From Octopus bimaculoides (Eukaryota), in NCBI RefSeq assembly GCF_001194135.2, contig NC_068984.1, positions 80,069,005-80,127,992 of the forward strand: a DNA stretch of 58,988 nucleotides. The letters run 5' to 3'. Below the pieces are notes generated by a model. That model worked only from the letters and a program-made list of their open reading frames with translations, did not search any database and was not told the origin of the DNA. Position numbers and translations under genes: made by a program. This document shows, piece after piece, positions 53,500 to 58,988 of the stretch; position 1 is the stretch's first letter; each line of letters begins with the position of its first letter.

Positions 53500-55095
53500 A
53501 AGTTTAATCATGACAAATCAGCCATTTCCAAAGATATGAAAGAAAAATCACTAAATGTCACCAAGGCATATACCAGGTGCTTTTTTGGTGCTTTTTACAA
53601 AGATAAGCATTCATTCTGGAGAAAAATCTGGAGTGAAGAAAAAGAGTTTAATCAGGATGTTGAGTGATAAGGAGAAATACAAAAGAAACATTTCCCTTGT
53701 ATTACTCCAAAAGAATACAGCAGCAATGGCAAGACTGTTGAGACTATAATCCCAAAACTTCAGGATAGCAAAGTATCAGGAATAGACTTTATCAGATACT
53801 GGTACAAATGACATACTTTTATCAGAGGTATCTTATTAACCATTAGCAACAAGCTCTTAATGGAGTTATAAACACACCAAGCTGGTTGGTGCTAGCTGGG
53901 TTGCCAAAACAAAACAAATGCCCCACAGTAATGCCTCTCATGTGGTATAAAACTATTGACTAATTGCATAGCAGAATCTCCTTTATAAGATATAGCCAGC
54001 CTATCCAAATGTATTTATCCAGAATCTCTGTGATAATTGATTAAACAGTTAGGAAGAAAGGAACTTGGGAATATGTTGAACAACTTTAACTATGATGCGA
54101 AAGATATTGTAGTTGTAGTTTGGATCACAACAAAGTATTGAATTTTGTTTCCTACTCATGGACGTTAAAGTGCCTTCAATTTACTAAAGTTCCAGATACA
54201 TTATCAGTGGATAAACCAATCAGACTTTGCCCAAGGCTAACATCCTGAAGGTAAAAACACGAAGTAATTTTATTATCACTGATAAAATATAGTACTGCAG
54301 GATATATTTCAAGGGAACAACCTCACTGTGATGCTATTTATACTTTCAGTAAGTCCCTTGTTCTTTGTGTTAAGAAAATATGAAGGGTATGTAACTGACT
54401 CACAGGAAAACAGAAACACCAACCTCACGCATTAACCCTTACCAGGAATATCCCTATGGACAGTAATATAGACTCTCTACTTAAAACAACAACAAAATGG
54501 CTGAGGCTTAACATTAATTCAAACAATATTTGAATGATTTATCAAACCCTTTTGATAACATCTACAAACCACAAAAAGTTGAAGTCCAACCATGGATCAA
54601 GTCTATCTATGTACATGAAACTGACAGCATCATGAGAGTTGGGAATAACCTTCTTCAGAAAGTATTTCCTGATTAATGACCAGAAATACACACCCTGATA
54701 ATTTGTAAAACTCTACCACAACAGATCATCAAAAGAAAAGCTGTATACATATCAGCAGAAGGTCACATGCATGGCTGTGTTGCCAGAAAATTTCAAAGTA
54801 ACAGCAACATAGATAACCAAAGTACTCTGCATTGAACTAACAAGTGGAATATTAGCTCTAACTTCAAAGGGTGTGTATGATTTTGCATTACAGGAAGAGG
54901 AAATAATCACAAAATGCCTGATACACGAAAGGGATAGGGGTGAAAGTAGACTACCAGATGTGACAATAGAGGTAGACTTTGTATTATTTACTCTGAAGAT
55001 GTTAAGCACTTCATACGTAGATGAACACAAGTGTCATCATAGTATTATCTGCCTATGAGGCAAGACGTTATGGCCCAAGCATTACACATTGTTAT
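53500..55095 (+). mobile_element. Old, fragmented R4/Dong-like (RLE) non-LTR retrotransposon
   Basis: Broken frames FWRKIWSEEKEFN, KVSGIDFIRYWYK, MHG..RKFQSNSNID, FALQEEEIITKCLIHERDR and MRQDVMAQALH parallel the copy at 57341. Confidence 0.6.
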
Positions 55096-55098
55096 TTC

Positions 55099-55158
<60 letters not shown>

Positions 55159-55816
55159 CCTATATATATATATATATATATATATANNNNNNNNNNATAT
55201 AGATAATAAACAGAGAGACAGAATAAAGAAAGAAAGAAGTAAGCAAAGAAAGAAAGCAAAAAAGCATAAGTTTTACATGTGATTCATAATTTGTTTCCAT
55301 TGGCTGTTTCAGTGGAGTAAAAACATTATCATTCATATAATTATTTGATTGACATCTGTAATTAATTAATTTAAATGTGATTGGTTACCCTTCTCATCTG
55401 GAGAAAATGATGAAAATGGAAATAAAAATTCTGTTACTGTGTTAAATATGATATAAATAAGATTTAACAAAAAAAGACAGAGAATAATATGATATGAACG
55501 CAATCATCATCATCATCATCGTTTAACGTCCGCTTTCCATGCTAGCATGGGTTGGACGATTTGACTGAGGACTGGTGAAACCGGATGGCAACACCAGGCT
55601 CCAGTCTGATTTGGCAGAGTTTCTACAGCTGGATGCCCTTCCTAACGCCAACCACTAGAAAGAAATAAAAATAGAGAGAACAATAAAACGTAGAGAGAGA
55701 GGGTGAGCAATAAAGACAAAAAGTAGGGGATGCACCTATACACGTATGTTAGTAAATAGGTACAGATTCTACATATGCATATGACTTTATTTCATCAATA
55801 TTTGTTGTTGTGTTGT

Positions 55817-56035
55817 AAGGCGGCGAGCTGGCAGAAACATTAGCACGCCGGGCGAAATGCTTAGCAGTATTTCGTCTGTCTTTACATTCTGAGTTCAAAT
55901 TCCACTGAGGTTGACTTTGCCTTTCATCCTTTCAGGGTCAATAAATTAAGTACCAATTGCATACTGGGGTTGATCTAATGGACTAGCCCCCTTCCGAAAA
56001 ATTTTGGGCCTTGTGCCTAGATTAGAAAAGATTAT
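55817..56035 (+). mobile_element. SINE family B, well preserved
   Basis: aaggcggcgagctggcagaaacattagcacgccgggcgaaatgcttag...gggccttgtgcctagattagaaaagattat. Confidence 0.85.
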
Positions 56036-56052
56036 ATTCATTTCAAGTTATA

Positions 56053-56262
56053 CAGGGTGTCCACGAAGTCTGGGTACATAGGGATTAACACATACTTTAA
56101 GAAATTATTTCTTACATTTAATTGTTTATGTTATGATTTTATTTACTCCATGTACCGACGTGGGGATTAACACATACTTTTAAGAAATTATTATTTTTTA
56201 CATTTAATTGTTTATGTTATTATTTTATTTACTTCATGTACCCAGACTTTGTGGACACCCTG
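56053..56262. mobile_element. Tc1/mariner MITE with an internal duplication of about 80 bp
   Basis: TA|cagggtgtccacgaagtctgggtacat ... atgtacccagactttgtggacaccctg|TA; gggattaacacatactt...atgtacc occurs twice. Confidence 0.9.
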
Positions 56263-57340
56263 TATATATACAATATAACTTGAAACTGTCCATGTTTTAT
56301 ACTGCCATGCTTGACAGTGGAAGGATGTGTTGGCCCTCAGGACTGCACTATGATTTGGTATGGTTTCTACAACCAAATCCTCTTCCAAATGCCAACCACT
56401 TTACAGTTACTGAGTGTTTTTTTTTCTTTTTCATGGACTAACATCAGTGGGGTTGCCATGCAGCCTGTAAGACTATGAACCCCAACAGAACAATGTAAAG
56501 AGATGAGCAGTAAAGAGGGTTAAAGTATGAGAAAAGTGGAGTCAAAACAGAACAGGTTTCTTGTTGTGGAAAAGCTACATGACTACACACGTTTTAGAAG
56601 AGAGGATGGAAGCGATCAAGTAGAGTTGGAAAGAGATGAAAATAGTGATGATGAAATATTGGAGGTACCTTCAATGTATGGGGTGGATAAGAATGTATTG
56701 AGCAGAAGGACCACAAGCAAGGGTGGGGGGAGTAGGAGCTGACTAACATTGCATGTGTGTATGTTTGTGTGTGTGTGTGTGTGTGTGTTGATGAGAATGG
56801 CAAGGGAGCTCTATGCAGCTCAGTTAACACAAATTCTTTCTCTCATGTATATACTTACATAGTGGAGGTGAATTTGTGACTACTTTCTATACTCAGTAAG
56901 TTCGTGCAAATATTTGAAAGAGTTCAAGAAGTTCCTGTACATGAATTGTTTTGAGTGGATAAAGTGTTTCACAATACAGAACTCACTTTTCAACTGAATC
57001 AGCTGTGAAACCAGTGATGCAAAACAGGTTGAGATAAGCAGAAACTGACTGCATTTCAAGTAAGTCCTAATAAGAACTAGGGCTCCTTCACCCCCATTGG
57101 TTCAAATGCTATTTAACCCATAGCTGGGATCATGATGGGTGTTATGGCATTGGGTCTGAATAGACCTGAGGACAATAGTGGCTGAGAGATGGTTCCATAC
57201 TCTTCAAAACACTGGGACTCTTGAACTGGTGCCCCACTACTAGATGCTATTTAAAGTCAGACTCAGAACATACATACATGCAAATGTACAGACATGCATG
57301 CCATACATACATACATATATAAACACATACATACATACAT

Positions 57341-58482
57341 GAGGCTAACATTATAAGACTTGGAAAGCAGCTCCTTGAGCAGTGTTCCTTATCTCATAAC
57401 CTTAACTACATGCCCAAAGAAGTTGCACGACTCTATCACAACATATCAGATGACAGGATGAGTGTATATGAGCAGAAAACCATGCATGGATATGATGGCA
57501 GAAAGCTCTGAGATGATAGTAACATTGATCATCAAAGCAGTCTGTCATGGACCAAAAGCCGGATTACTACCGCCACTTTGAAGGGTATGCATTTGCAATC
57601 CAGGAACAAGAACTATCAACCAAATACCTGATGCACAAAAGGGACAGAGATGCAGGAAAAGCAATAAAATGTGACAACCAATACAGACTTTGTGGAGTCA
57701 ACACCGAAGATACCACCCACATCATAAGCAGTTGTCATAATGTAGGTAAGACACTGTATAACAAGATCCACAGAAGGATAACCCTGAGGACAAAGAAATA
57801 TGGTGGAAGTCAGCCACTCATAATAAAACAGAGTACTGGTGGAATATCCCAGTGGAAACCTCAGTAAAATGTAAACACAATAGGAAACCTCAATAAAATG
57901 TAAACACAATAAGAAACCTCAATAAAATGTAAACACAATAGACCTGATATAATGATTTAGGATAGAGAAGACAAACAGTGTACAGTTGTGGAAATCAGGT
58001 GCCCAACGGATGTTAACATAAAGCTGAAGGTCAGTAGAAAAGAGAATACTTACTCTGAACTATTGAGAAATCTGCAGTTACTTATCCAGATTACAAGTTC
58101 AAGTTTATACCTGTAATTATTAGGGCCCTGGGATATGTAACACACTGCCTAAATACCAATCTTGAGAAATTAGGCTTCTCAAAACCAGAAAGGAGAAAAC
58201 TGATTCAAAGTCTACAAACCCGGTCCATCACTGGAACTGCAAAAATCTGTAAAACTTTCCGGAAGTTTATCATTTAAGTATATATAAGCATTTTTAAATA
58301 TTCAACTATATGCATGAGAATACATACATAAAACAAAACATACAAATCTACACATATACATACATACATACAAAAATATCCTGTTGGTGTTGTTGGAATT
58401 CCAATGAAGGAGCCTTGGATCTAGATTAGAAACCAACTCTTTCTCTATCGACAAGAAATCTTGAAATAAAACTGAACAATGA
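57341..58482 (+). mobile_element. 5'-truncated R4/Dong-like LINE: C-terminal zinc knuckle and PD-(D/E)xK restriction-like endonuclease, frameshifted
   Basis: KTMHGY..RKL, FEGYAFAIQEQELSTKYL, RLCGVNTEDTTHIISSC (decayed CCHC), WWNIPVETSVKCKHNRPDIMI.DREDKQCTVVEIRCPTDVN, FIPVII.ALG. Stop at 58275-58277, AATAAA at 58465, (CATA)n tail from 58483. Confidence 0.9.
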
Positions 58483-58988
58483 CATACATACATACATACA
58501 TACATACATACATACATAAACACATGCATATTTGTGGGAGAGAGAGATTGAGATATTGTCGTGCTTTGGCCACACACTGTTCCCTTGTTTATTTTCACCA
58601 ACATAAATGCAGTGAATCACCAACCGGCTCTGCTGGAAACTGAAGCAACCAGCAATGAAAATTATTGTTCACATAGTGCGATCCAGCCTAAAATCTAAAA
58701 TAAATGAATATATCTATCTCTGGAATCTAACTTTCATTACAGCCATTACAATGTTTAATGAGTCTCTCTGTGACTTAATTTTAGACTTTATATACAAAAT
58801 CGCTTTTCACTTTTTATTATTTCTTAATTATTCTCATTCAGTCATATTTTATAGTTTATACTTTAGAGAATTATTTTAAGATATCTGCTTCTTTCTCTGT
58901 TTGTCTGTCTGTCTATATCTGTCTCTGCCTCTCTCTCTCTCTCACATATATATAAATCCAGATGCATACATGTATGCACAAGTGTGTA

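Overview
AT-rich, microsatellite- and SINE-saturated animal genomic DNA with about 10 N-gaps. Repeat style points to an Octopus-type cephalopod assembly (inference). The only clear host coding sequence is one internal + strand exon (12403-12525) of a GT7 beta-1,4-galactosyl/N-acetylgalactosaminyl-transferase (WGWGAEDDD motif); the rest is probably intronic. It holds many tRNA-headed SINEs, hAT/Tc1/TTAA-type MITEs and two R4/Dong-like (restriction-like endonuclease) LINE remnants. The main unexpected signal is six minimal type I hammerhead ribozyme folds of several sequence families on both strands. One has a fully canonical core (15211-15352, minus), one has all core residues but an irregular stem II (10681-10739), and one sits in the loop of a perfect 83-bp inverted repeat (46207-46510). 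Essentially all ORFs in the supplied track are microsatellite or repeat artefacts. All folds and alignments were done by eye.
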